Shown: one piece after another, positions 51,008 to 64,000 of the stretch
How positions within the stretch are numbered: the first letter of the stretch is position 1
Layout: each line of letters opens with the position of its first letter
Source: Ptychomitrium polyphyllum
Taxonomy: Eukaryota
DNA: 64,000 bases
Direction of reading: 5' to 3'
NCBI GenBank assembly: GCA_973851085.1
Contig: OZ316775.1
Coordinates: forward strand, 3,782,001 to 3,846,000
The notes under the pieces: model-generated
Database searches by the model: none
The model's input: only the letters and a program-made list of their open reading frames with translations
What the model was told of the DNA's origin: nothing
Position numbers and translations under genes: made by a program

Positions 51008-53422
51008 GTTACACCTTCTCATCAACTTGAAATAGAGGTTGTTCCTTTCTTGTTGCATCTGCTGCCATTTTATATTGTTCTAGAGCTTCAGTGATTAAGT
51101 CATCGTAGTTGTTTGAAGCTTTGTCATCCTTATTGGAAATTCCTCTGTTGCTGAATTATCAGATCATGGCTGTAATATATCCATATTTAGATGATGTGCA
51201 TAGGTGAAGTAGAATGGCATTTGTTGGATGGAAGCGTGAGCAGTATTATTATAGGCAAACTCAGCCAATGTTAAGTAGAAAGTCCAATTATTTTATTGAT
51301 AGTTCATAATACACTTCAAATATTGCTCTAAGATTTGGTTGACTTGCTTTGTTTAGCCATCGGTCTAAGGATGGAAGGCAGAAGATAATCTTATATCCAC
51401 CTTAAGGATCTCAAATAGAAACTTCCAAAATCTTGATATAAATTGTGGTCCATAATCCGATATAGTATTGTCGGGCTATCTATGGTAGCGGTAGACATTA
51501 TCCATGAAGAGTGTGGCAGTCTCTTCACCCATAACTGTCTTCTCGTAAGCTACAAAAAGTGCCATTTTGGTCAACCAATCTACCACAACAAAGATGGTAT
51601 TAAAAAAATATCGGTGAAAGAGCTATAATGAAATCCATTGAAACGGACGACCACGGTTGCTTTGGAATAGGCAGTGGTTGGAGAAGTCCATATGGACGGT
51701 GTTGAGGATTATTCAACTTAGAATATGTATCACACTCAAGTACAAACTCCTTAACATCCTTTGACATTAATGGCCATCAAAAATCGAGAGAGAGGAGTTC
51801 CAAGGTTTTGTTGAGTCCAAAATGTCTAGCTGCAGGAAAGTCATGTCGTGTTTCAAGTACATAAAGGAAAATTGGTCCTTTATGAATATATAGATGTTCT
51901 TCAAAGTAGAGAAGGTTGTCTTCTAATTTGAACTTAGACACATCTTCAAGGAGGTTGTTGGAATAATGCTAGATATCAAGAATAAGAGGGTCCTTAATAG
52001 ATGCCACACGCACCTGGTCAAGGAATAATGAATCCATAGGAGTTGAAATGGTAGTTGTGCGTATACAAAACCGTTCGGGTTTCAACAAAGTTGCTTGTTG
52101 TTGATTGTGTGCTGCTTCTCCCTCCTTTGGTGCAAGGTATGATTGCCTTGACAAAGCATTTGATAACCCTTGTTGTTTTCCGGATCAATATGTGATGCAA
52201 AAATCAAATTAAGATAGAGACATATTCCAACGAGCTTGGCGGCGATTCAAAACATAAGTTGATATGAAATATTCCAAGTTCTTGTAATCTGTATATACAA
52301 TCACTAGATGCGCGGCACCTTTGAGCAAGTAACGCCATTCTTGGAAAGAATCCACAATTCCAAAGAATTCCTTATTGTGGATTTTGTAGTTAATTTTTGC
52401 ATCTGAAAATTTTCTAGAATAGAATGCAATTGAATGGAGTCTCCCTTCATTCCCCATTTGTAACAGAATTGCTCTAAGTACAAAGTCGAAAGCATCTGTC
52501 TCAAGATAAAGTTGCTTTGAAAAGTCCAAATGAACTAAAATAGGAGTTGTGGTAAAAACTTGCTTAAAACTTTGGAATGCATCCTTAGCATCGGATCCCC
52601 ACTCAAGCTTTTCCTTTCATATTAGTCGCGTGAGTGGTGTAGCTATTTGAAAATAATCCTTCATGAAGATCCTATAGGAGTTTGTAAATCCAAAAAAGCA
52701 TTAGATATCATGTATTAATTTTAGCCTTGTCTAATTGCTAACTGCTTTGACCTTCATTGGATCCATCAATAGTCCTTTGCTTCAGATGATATAATCATAC
52801 AATTCTACCTGAGCTTTGTAAAATACACATTTCTCCAACTTGGCATACAAATCGGCATCTCATAGCTTTTGTAGGAGTATGCGGACATGTTGTTCATATT
52901 CCTCTAGATTCTTTGAATAAATAAAGATATCATCCAAATAGCATTCAACAAAATCATCAAAGCACTTCCAAAATATGTCATTCATCAAGTGTTGAAAAAT
53001 AGCAGATATGTTAATATGTCCAAAAGATATGACATTGTATTCAAAATGTTCATACCTTCTTTGAAATATCATCTTCTATTCGTCTCTTTTTCAATTGCAA
53101 GCTCTTCAAAGGTCTAATTTGACATAGATCTTTGCTTGGCCAAAATGATTAAGAAGTCCAGATATCAGCAGCAATGAATATTGATTCTTTAGCATCATAA
53201 TGTTAAGACCGCGGTAATCAACACACATTTGTAAGGATCCATCTTTTTCTAAACAAAAAGTATTCGAGCACCAACTCTAGATTCTGAATGTTGTATGAAT
53301 TTCTTGCCTAAATTTTTTTGAATATATTTCCTCATTTCTAAAAGCTCGTTTTGCAATAAATTATAAATAGATCCAAATGGTGGCTAAACGCCGTCTCGGA
53401 AGTCTATGGCACGTTCTTGAGA

Positions 53423-56400
53423 TGAAAGTGGCATCTATAAGAAACACAGGTTCTTCTTCAGCATCTAATTGATCAAAGTCAAGATGCATGAAGAGTTTCT
53501 ATTTCTAACATCCAATGAAGCAAATACTCTACCTCGAAATTTCCCTCTAAATTGCCTTGAAAATCCCGAATGCTAAATATATCATAAATTCTAACAAACT
53601 AATCCAAAGCATCTAAAATTTTAACAAAATCTTTTTGAAACATTTAGTATGCTATATATGAATTTTTGTTGCCAAATCCTTAATATCCTCTAAGATCCAT
53701 AATTTCAAAGTTTACATTCTTCATTGCTATAGCTTTTATACCCCTATCACTTTACCACTTCATAACTCTTCTTTTATCGCAAACTCAAACTTTAAACTTT
53801 GTGTACATAATATGTATCTTATAATAAATACCTTGTCAAAAGATCAACCTTAGAAATCCCTTCAATCATCTACAATGACCCAAATTGTGCAACTCCAAAT
53901 TCTACTGTACACTGCCCTCTAAATCCCGGTTGCATTTTTCTTGTTATCTTTTGCTCAAAAAGTTCAATGCTCACCAAATTTTGATACTATCTTTTCAAAA
54001 TAATCAAAACTCTTTTCTTAAAATTTCACTTACAAAAGATGTATCTACAAGAAGTTACAAACATTCAAATAGCTGCCCTTAGAAACTCAAGGCAGTTAAA
54101 TTAACTTTACTCAAACTAAAGCCACAACCACATATTAACTCCAAATGGAGTGTGTGAAAGCTTTTTGGAAAGATCACAAAGAAAAAAAAAAAAATCCAAC
54201 AAAAATCAATTCAAACTAAGAAGTATACTATGAGATCTCATCCAAAGAAAGGTTGCCTTCTTATTCTAGTAGGAGAGGCCGAGAGAGAAGAAGAGGGCGG
54301 TGGTCAAACCGCCACATCCGCCCCTTATCTCTCCACATCAACTATATTTCTCCACATCAACTCCTAATCTCCTTTATCAAACCCTTATCTAACCATATCT
54401 TTAAATAAAAAACAACTTAAATTCCTTTCTTTTGTTTTTCTTTCTTTTCTTTCTTTTGGTTGAAACTTCTAGGTTTCAACTACAAAGAAGATAAAATCAA
54501 CCCTCACAAGTCTAAAATAGAAACTAAAATAAACTAAAATAAATTAAAGAAAGTAGAAAAAAGATTGAAATTCAACAAGAAACAAGTTAAGAATAAAACC
54601 ATTGTCGAGGTAGATTCAGACACCAAATCATGAACTTGGTTGACTGGATTAGTTTCAGCTGCTGAACTGGTCCAAGTTTTATTCTTGTCGAACTCGTTGA
54701 GTAGAACGGCAGCACTTGACTTGGTACTGCTAACGAAAACGGCACGCAGGAAAAATCACAATCAACCGGCTTAATCACCCTGAGCTAAGACAAGATGCGG
54801 TTCCACCTCCAAGATAAATAAAAATTGTGGTTTCACCACGACCTTTATTTTAATCTAATTATTTCTTTTTCCTAATACTCTTTTCTAAATACACCAAACA
54901 ATAAATAATACACAAGTTTTAAATTATACAATTAAATATATCACAACAACATATTTGGCCTTGAAGGTGAATGGACTCTATGACATGTCAAGACATATAC
55001 CAACCACAATGTCTCTTGCTTAATTGCCTTGGTTGAAAGAGGTGTGTCATATGTAAGACTCCCTTTTACAAGAAGTTCTATAAGATGTTCAATTTCACTG
55101 GCTTTATGCCACCAAGTTGGAAGCACAATTTCAACAACACGCTCGAATCGATCTATATGAATATATGAAATAAAGACTTGATTTGGAGTTGGCATCAAGG
55201 AGTCCGTACTTTATACAAGAATGATGTTAGCTTACAACTACATTGGGACACAAACTCTGAAGATATTGTTTTGATTGCTAAGAAATTGGTAGGTTGTGAA
55301 AAGAACAAGCATAGATGATGTTTTTTTATCAATGCATGCAAGGACTTTTTGATGAGAGAAGTCAAACCTTCAAGTTTGAATTCCATATTCAAGGGTACAA
55401 ATGGAATTCAATTGGAGAACAAATCACGGATGTGGACGGACGTGCTTTAAAGGAGGCATTTGAAGGCTTGGCGTACAACAAATTGATATAGGTTCTAGAA
55501 TTCACTTTGCAAGCCATAGATTATTTGTTAGAGCAATATGGCCTTCATACATATAGATTTTTTGAATAAATGAAGAATTCTCACATTATGCGAGCTTTGC
55601 TTGATATAAATGGGCCTGCTTGTGAAAGAAGGAAAAAGCGGCAATTATTAAGTGAAGTAGGGCCAAACTCAAGTGGCATAGGAACAAGTGGAACAAGAAC
55701 AATCCAATGGATTTAACAGATGATTAGATGTATTTGTGGCATATGTAAAGCCATTGATTTTGAATACTAAGTCCAATTTTTTATCCACATAATGAAGAAT
55801 AGATTAATGCTCTACCACCATAAGAACCCTTTTAGAATAATGCTATAGTATTTTGGATTTGATTTTATATTAAGCTTTTGTAACCATACATACTTAATGT
55901 AAGCCTACTTTTTTGAAATATGAAAATTTTCAACATCATGCCTTGTCCCAATCTACCTTGCTTAAACAAATAAATCTTGCATTGTATCTAATTAATTAAT
56001 AGAAAAAAATTTATAATAGATATGAAGTGGTTTAGCAGCTCCAAAGGTACTCTTCTCTTCCACCCGCGGTCACTAAGCATGTACGTGTATGAAAAGTTGG
56101 AATACTTGGTACATGGAAAGTTGGAATACTTAATACAAGGAAAATTGGAATACTTAACACAAGGAAAGTTGGAATGCTCATTATAAATGTCACGCTGTTC
56201 ATGGTCGTGGAAGCTAGCTCCATTGTAAAATACGTGTATTATCACCCAAGCTCAGACTGAGAACCTCCACTTGTCTAGAACCTCAAATGTGCACAAGCTC
56301 CAAAATATCTAAATGATAATTTGAAGGTTCCCAAGAAGCCTTGATGCTCCAATCATAAGGTCGTAGCTAATACTCACGCAAATCCCTCTTGCAACAAGCG

Positions 56401-56698
56401 TTCCAAAGAAATCGTGGAGAATCATTGCATTTCAAGTTCCATTTGAAACAGTGTTGTGTGGCGTAGTGGCACAATATATAAAAACCATATGAATTATTAT
56501 GAAGATTTAGTTTGCAATAAAGAAGTAGAAATTAAGATAAAAAAATAAAATAAAAAGATAGAAAGAAATAAAGTGGTAAGAGAAAAGTTCGTGGTGATAA
56601 CCACGGATCTTGGGGATCACTGCATCTTGTCATTTGCTCAGGGATGGTAGATGGCACGCCAGCTAGTAATTTCCTGCTTAATTTTACTAACAGTGCTA
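53423..56698 (-). repeat. Right arm of the 3276-bp inverted repeat
   Basis: Mirror of 43448-46723, joined to Gypsy RT-proximal sequence (ends 53412) through about 10 nt of filler. Confidence 0.97.
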
Positions 56699-59600
56699 AG
56701 TTACATGGCCATTTTGCTGCTAAAAACGATATAATGGTTTTGAACCTGGACTGGTGCTGTGGCACTTGAAGCACTTTAGCAGCTGAGCTTTTGCGGCTTG
56801 GCAATTGATTTTGAAAGCATAAATATTTTATCTCTTCATGCTATCGTGTTGTAGTTTGTTTATAGTGTAAAGAAGATGGTCATTATCTTAGTAGTAAATA
56901 TGTAATGACCGTTGCTTTATAGAATTATCTTACAAAATGTTATTGGTTTACAGAAGTCTTTTTAAACTTGTTTAAGTTTTGCTATTAAAAATAGAAGTTG
57001 TAAAATATGTTAAAAAGGAGTTTAGAAGGGCCTATTGTAACAAAGGTATGATTTCTTTTATTCCTTGGCCGTCCTATGTGGTTGGATAAGGCAAGTGGGT
57101 GGTAGACTTCATGCTCATTGGTTGAAAATCATGCCCAATGAGCTCCAAGATGTTGCCGGAGACCTTATCAGGGTTTGAGACTATTTTAGGGAGGATTTTG
57201 AAAGTGGAGAGGTTAGAGTTTGATAGAATGTGTGAAGGGCTACAATTTTCGTGCAAAATTTGAGAAGTTTGAGTTAGTTATGAGAGAGGAATGAGCGTTT
57301 GAAGCCAGGGTCATAATTTTGTACCTACTATCACTTATTTGTAAATAAAACGAGTTTTACAAGAGCTTTTGGAGATGGAAGAAAGAGGTTTGAAAGTTAA
57401 CTTCAGGAGCTCTATTCCACATGGAGAAAAAAATCAATTCCGGTTTAAGATGAAAGAACAAGGACTATTGGAAGTCAGTGCTTTAAATTGAAGTTTGTAA
57501 GTAAGTTCTTTTTATGCATGTTTTGGTTTGGTCTATATCTTGAGTTTCTCGACGAAATATTTGCTCAAAATTTTTAAAAGTGTAAATGACAATGTTAGAA
57601 AGCTATGTATAAAATTTCATGGCATTTGAATGTTGGATTATTTAGATACAGTGGATATAGAGGGCAAGTGGTAGTAAATTGACATAATTTGCATCTGTTA
57701 TAAATCAAACGATATCTAAAGGTTTGTATTGAATCTACAATTGAATTTTTTTGTGGAACTAACTAAAGATAGAAGTTAATATGTAGACAAGTTTCAATAT
57801 ATTTGAATGGTTAGAGAAAGAGATTTTGAATTTTGTAAATCTAGAAGAATTCATTAAAAGAGAATAAGAGGTTATAGGATGTCTAGACACAATTTAAGTA
57901 ATTTTGAGCATTCTAGAATTGTATATTTGATGTATTTGTCTTTATAAGGACAAGCAATGTACAAAAATTGTAATTTGTAAAATTTAGAACTTGTTTAAGA
58001 AATTAGTGGCAGCTAAAAGCCCAGCACTTTCTTGAGGCAACTTTCTCTACTACGACAATGATATGTACCTTCATTGATGTTGGTAGTTCCAACAATATGC
58101 CACATGATTGATTTATTTTTCAATTGCAAATGGTCCCAATTTGCAATATTCCAGTTTATTACATGGCCTACTAATCCTTACATTGCGTCAAAAGAGCCAC
58201 ACCTTTTCACCAACTTAGAATGGAGGTTGTTCCTTCTCTGTTGTATCTACTGCTTTTTTGTATTGTTCTTGAGCTTCATTTGATTGAGTCATTGTGGTTG
58301 TTTGAAGCTCTGCCATCCTTGTCGCAAATTCCTCTATTGCTAAATTCTCAAATCATGGCTGTAATATATCCATATTTAGATGATGTGCATAGGTGAAGTA
58401 GAATGGCGTTTATTGGATGGAAGCGTGAGTGGTGTTGTTGTAGGCAAATTCAGCCGATGTCAAATAGAAAGTCCAATCATTTTGTTGATAGTTCATAATA
58501 CACCTCAAATATTGCTCTAAGATCTAGTTGACTTGCTCTGTTTGGCCATCAGTCTGAGAATGAAAGGCAAAAAATAATCGTATGTCCACCTTTTAGATTT
58601 CAAAGAACACCTTCCAAAATCTTGATACAAACTGTGGTCTACAATTCGATATAATATCGTCAAGTAATTCATAGTAGCGGTAGACATTATACATAAAGTG
58701 TAGCAGTCTCTTCACCCGTAATCATCTTCTTGCTATGTACAAAATGTGCCATCTTAGTCAACCGATCTATTACAACAAAGATAATATAAAAAGAATTGGA
58801 CAATTGAAGATCTATAATGAAATCCATTGAAACGGATGACCATAGTTGATTTAGAATAGGAAATGGTTAAAGAAGTTCATATGGATGGTATTGAGGGTTC
58901 TTTGATTGAGAGCAAGTTTCAAACGAGTGCACAAATTCCTTAAAGGCCTTCTACATTTAAGGCCACCAAAAGTCAAGAGAGAAGAGTTTCAAGGTATTAT
59001 TAAATTAAAAAAGTTTAGCCGTAAGAAAGTCATGATGTGTTTGTTGAAATGGTGGTTGTGCGTACTCAAAATCGTTCAGGTTTCAACAAAGTTACTTGTT
59101 GTTGATTGTATGTTACCTCTCCCTCTTTTGGCGCAAGATATAATTGCCTTGACAAAGCATCTAACAACCTTTGTTGTTTACTAGGTTGATATGTGATGCA
59201 AAAATCAAATTGAGATAGAGACATATTCTAACAAGCTTAGCAACAATTCAAAGTACAGGCTCGCATGAAATATTCCAAGTTCTTGTAATCTGTATATTCA
59301 ATCACTGAATGCTTGGCACCCTTAATTAAATAACGCCATTCTTGAAAGGATTCCACAATTGCAAGGAGTTCCTTGTTATAGATCTTGTAGTTGATTTCTA
59401 CAGCTCAAAATTTTCTAGAATGGAATGCATCCGGATGGAGTCTCCCTTCTCCTTCCATTCATGACAAAATTGTTCCTAGTGCAAAGTCAAAAGCATCTAT
59501 TTCATGATAAAATTGCTTTGAAAAGTCCGGATGGACCAGAATAGGAACTGTAGTAAAGGCTCATTCAAATTTTGGAATGCATTCTCTGCATCAAATCTCC

Positions 59601-62600
59601 ACTCAAGCATTTCCTTGCATGTTAATTACTTGAGTGGTGCAGCTATTTCAGAATAGTCCTTGATGAAGATCTTATTGAAGTTTGCAAATTCCAAAAAATA
59701 TTAGCCATCACGTACCAATTTTGGCCTTATCCAATTGTTGATTGTTTTAACCTTCTTTAGATCTTCTAATAATTCTTTCATGAAGATGGTATATCCAAAA
59801 ACCTCCACTTGAAATTCATAGAATACACATTTCTCCAGCTTGGAATATAAACGAGCATCTCGTAGCTTTTGTAGGAGTATGCGGACATGTCGTTCATGTT
59901 CTTCTAGATTCTTTGAATAAATCAAGATATCATCGAGATAGCATTCAACAAAATCATCAAAGCACTTCCAAAATATGTCATTCATCAAGTGTTGAAAAAT
60001 GGTGGGTACGTTAATATGTCCAAAAGGCATGACATTGTATTCAAAATGTCCATACCTTGTTTGACATGTCATCTTCCATTTGTCTTCTTTTCAGCGCACA
60101 AAATTATAGGTTCCTTATAGGACTAATTTTATGAAGATCTTTGCTTGGCCAAGTTGATTAAGAAGTCTAGATATCAGCGGTAATGAATATTGATTCTTCA
60201 GGGTCATTTTGTAGAGGTCGCGACAATCAACACACATTTGTAAGGATCCATTTTTTTCTATACAAAAAGTATTGGAGCACCAGATCAAGATTCTAAATGT
60301 TGTATGAAGTTCTAAGCTAAATTTTCATCAATATATTCCCTCGTTGATGAAAGCTCATTTTGAAATAAATTATAGATAGATCCAAATGGTGGCTAGGCAC
60401 CATCTCGGAAGTCTATGGCACGGTCGTAAAGAAAATGTTCCGGTAGGATGTCTACATTTGTTTTTTGATTACATCATTGAACTCCTTATACTTTTTTGGA
60501 ATGATTGAGGATGAAGCCACAACTTTGCACATTGGAATTGCTTACACACCAAAAGAAGCACTAGTTTTTGCTGCTCTCATAAATGCCCTAATTCCAATAA
60601 AGAGAGGCTTTTTAGATCTATAAGATGTTTTAGCTTCTTCTATAGGCTTAGTAGTTACAAGTTTTAATGATGGAAATTCTACTTTGCGGGATGCCTAGTC
60701 TATCTGCAGGTTGTTGTTTTCAAGCCAAAAAAGCCCTAGAATGATGGAATTTGATGAAGACTCAATGATATTAAATATCACTTGACTACTATGGTTATCT
60801 AATGTTACTATTAATGGATTGATTTCATGAATAACATCTCTAGATGATAACGGTCGACCATCTATGACCTTTACATGGACAAGTTTGTATTTTCTACTAA
60901 AAGAAAACTTATGGATTTTCATAAATTCTTTGTCAATAAAGCAAGCAAAGGCTCTTGAACCTATTAGAGCAAGGAATTTGAGCTTCTAAACACCCAAACA
61001 AATAGATACAGTAAAATAAGAGGAAAGATGGGCTGATAGAATATGACCTTCATTTTCTTGCAAAAGAAGGAAATCCATCCGCATGGTCCTTACTGTGGCT
61101 AAACATCCTTGTTTTCCTGCAAAGCATTTGGCATGGTGCTTGTACCTCTCATCCAATATACACGTGGAGATTTGTCTAGGCAATTATCAACTTTGCGGCC
61201 AAATTTTCCACAATACAAACACAACTCTTGCTTCCTTTGTTGCTTCTTATCAAGCTTGAAAAATGTGTAAAGCAAACGGCATCAATCTGCATGGCTTTTG
61301 CTCCCAAATACTTATTAAAGGTAAACAGGGCTGCAGCCACAGAAAAGTTGATATACAACTAAAGGCGTAATCAAAGTCTCTTTATCTTGTTGATGTTGAA
61401 ATAGACAATTATCGCACTTCAAAGCTTGGCTGATGGCCTCATCAAGTATTTGGGGGTCTGGCATGGATAGCATTAAATCTTTAATCTTATTGTGTATGCC
61501 CCAATGAACTTGACTCATCAACGTATCTTCACCTCAATTAATGTCGCAAGCAAGTTGTCATAATTCCGATGCATAAATTGACATAAAACGTGGCCCTTGG
61601 CACAAGGCACAAATCTTAGTAGTTGCAGAACGGAGCTTGTTATGGTCACCAAATGTTTTTGCTAGTGCGGCTAGGAATGCATCAAAGTTGCTAAGTATGG
61701 GAGAATTCTTCTCAAAAAGTAGTGCAAACCAGGACAATGTTTGTCCTGAGAGCAACGGTCCTACCAAACTAAAGCGCAAAGCATCCATACAATATTGTCG
61801 AGGTTGAAGCAAGGTAACAAGTTGAACTTGGTTTACAAAGCCTCAAAATTTTGAACGCGTACCATCAAATTTTTCTAGAAGGCTGATTCTTGGTTCTTTG
61901 GTCATTGGCATTGAATTCCTAACTTAAACTTGTCTATCATCTACCAAAGCAGGTTTAGACGATGAAGCACCTAAGTTGACTTGGGATAGCAACTGTGATG
62001 TTACTAATCCTTAAGCATTTTATATGGTCAAATACAATTCTTCCTTTTGTTTGAATAAAGTCTTTATTTTGATCTTCAATGCTTCAAGGGCATTAATAAT
62101 GGAATCTAACTTGGCTTCTTTTTAATCAGTCATATTGATTTCTTCACCTATTCATATAGAAATGAAATGGGAACAAATAAAAACTACTAAATACACAAGA
62201 AACCAAAGAAAATTCAAGGGGCAATATCAGTCTAGAGGAGGGTAATCCACAACTTCTAGAGTGCTGTAGTGTGCTCAAGAAAGAGGAGTGATCCTCCCTC
62301 TATCAAGAAAGACCAAGCTTTGAAATTGTTGTATGGCAGTCTTAACAAACTGTTACGAACAAGATAACCACAAGACAAGGCTCAAGGATTTCAGGATGTG
62401 GAACAAGATAAGTCCTAGTATATTAGAAGTAAAGAGCTACAGTAAGGTACAAAAAACAAGGCCAAAAGATCTGAGCTAGACCACAATAGACACTTTTTCA
62501 AGACTAAAGATTACTTCAACCTCAATTCTTTTAAGTACTAGAACTACAAGCCTTAGAAGCTTCATGGGAATCTTCCACCACATTGCTTTGTATCCAAGAA

Positions 62601-63345
62601 ACCTTGAGTTATTTCCATGGAAGCCTCCTAAATCGACGCAACTTCCTTAGAAGCTTCCTAAACCTTCTAAAAACTTCCTTGGAAGTTTTTTAAATCTTCT
62701 AATAATCTTTCCAGATGCTTCTAATATGTATATCTGTGACAGCACGTTTATCTTAAATTACAAATGAATATGAATACCTCGGATACACAAAGTATGATTT
62801 TTGAATGCACAAATTTCTCCTCCATCACCAAGGAGACCTCTTCAATTATTTTCTAATATAATGCAAGCATTTATATAAAGTAATTGCAAGCTATGATGTT
62901 GAAGGAGAAGAAGTGAGAGAATAAGAGGAGAACTAGGCTTATATATACAGCTAGGGACAAAAAACGATGACAATGGGAAGTCTTGTTTAAAAAATCCTTG
63001 GCAGTCAAATACGGACAACAAGAATTGATTTTGTCGTTATCCTTTTATTATTGCCCTCTTGTTGTTGTCCTTTACGTAGTCGCCTTATTGAGCAACAATA
63101 GGAGTCTACAATGGTTTGCCATGTGGGCTTTTTGCAATTGTCCACGTACGTTGCACCTCGCGACTAGAAGCAATTGCAGCTCGCTACGTGGCAACTAGCA
63201 GTGGATCCCTATCAATTGCAGGTGCAACGTAGAATTACACTGGGCAACCATCTTGCCGTACTCATACTTGCCAATTTTCTATTTCTATAGTGAATCCAAG
63301 GGCCAACATTCTTATTTGTGCTTTGTTTGGAATCACGGGGTAAAA

Positions 63346-63530
63346 AATTTGGTTAGTATAATCATGGAGAGAAAGAAGTTTTGATTTTCTTGAATTTAGT
63401 ATACGTAACATATTTGTAGGAGAGAATGGAAGCTTTTATTTCTTTAAATTTAGTGTATGGAGCATATTTGTAGGAGAAGGGGAAAGTTTTGATTTGTTTT
63501 TAATTTAGTGTACTTAGAAAATATTTGGTG
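63346..63530. repeat. Degenerate ~54-bp tandem repeat (3-4 units)
   Basis: Recurrent aatttagt(a/g)ta...atatttg...gg at about 63393, 63447 and 63502. Confidence 0.7.
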
Positions 63531-63568
63531 GTAGTAATAATCTAAAGAAGACTTTTGTAGGTGATGGA

Positions 63569-64000
63569 ATGATGTCAAAGAATATGGCATCTAGTGGAGG
63601 TGGAATATCTCAATCTGGGATCGCTTGTAATTCTGAAAGTAGAAAGTATACAAATAAGAAAAAGCACGAGGATGATCCAAATTGGCCACCAATGGAATAT
63701 ATCAACTCTCTTTGGGATTGGATTTTGATTTTCTTTGAGAAAATGTCCATTGAAAAACTAACTAGGAAGTACACCGCGCATGGAGCCAAAAATAGAGAAC
63801 GTTTACAATTAGAATTGAAGCAAGAGTTGATGACAGCCTTGTACAGTAGCAAGGATTTTGGAGATGCAAATGAGTAGTATCCGCACTTTGATGCGTAACT
63901 AGCAAAGATCATTAAGCAAGGTATTTTTAATACCATCCAATTTTTGAAAACACATCAAAAACACCACAAGAAGAAGAGCCTTTGAAAGAACAGGTGGCAC
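63569..64000 (+). pseudogene. Unidentified ORF remnant, probably transposon-associated; runs off the right edge
   Basis: ATG after an acceptor-like tttgtag. 102 protein-like codons, and the frame continues past in-frame stops. Confidence 0.3.

Larger units (their letters stand above)
48503..62741 (-). mobile_element. Rearranged old Gypsy chromovirus, family B (copy B2), with a partly duplicated pol and inserted DNA
   Basis: LTRs 48503-48860 and 62351-62741, exact TSD GCACG on both sides. Internal copy 1 at 48861-53412 (chromodomain, IN, RH, RT). Internal copy 2 at about 58062-62350 (IN, RH, RT, PR, gag). Confidence 0.88.

Noticed and set aside
43448..56698. Inverted repeat as giant TIRs of a foldback, Polinton or Helitron-like element
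   Set aside because: No TSD and no transposase, polymerase or helicase in the spacer; each arm appears continuous with different flanking DNA.

Overview
Eukaryotic plant nuclear DNA, most likely a moss such as Physcomitrium patens. The organism is inferred from the gene families, the intron style and the Tcn1-like chromoviruses. Two gene islands alternate with two dense nests of decayed transposons. The genes are: the 5' part of a probable plant-specific DYRK kinase (minus, runs off the left edge), a DUF1218 membrane protein (5921-7044), a SnoaL-like+SOUL heme-binding protein (27224-30273), a TENA_E/thiaminase-II homolog (31291-32613) and a VASt-TM-C2-GRAM-VASt lipid-transfer protein (33737-39225). 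Nest 1 (about 9.6-26.1 kb) is a fossil Mutator-like transposase interrupted by a solo LTR and by a full Gypsy element (family B, TSD TTATC). That element contains a second full Gypsy chromovirus (family A, TSD GTAAA), two solo LTRs and an LTR fragment. Nest 2 (43.4-62.7 kb) holds a near-perfect 3276-bp inverted repeat overlapping a family-B element (TSD GCACG) whose pol region is partly duplicated. Best leads: an extra ORF after the chromodomain shared by both Gypsy families, covarying Tf1-type self-priming signals, a perfect heat-shock element array in family-A LTRs, the young inverted repeat, and a TENA_E with Glu->Val at a conserved site. All alignments and counts were done by eye, with no database searches.
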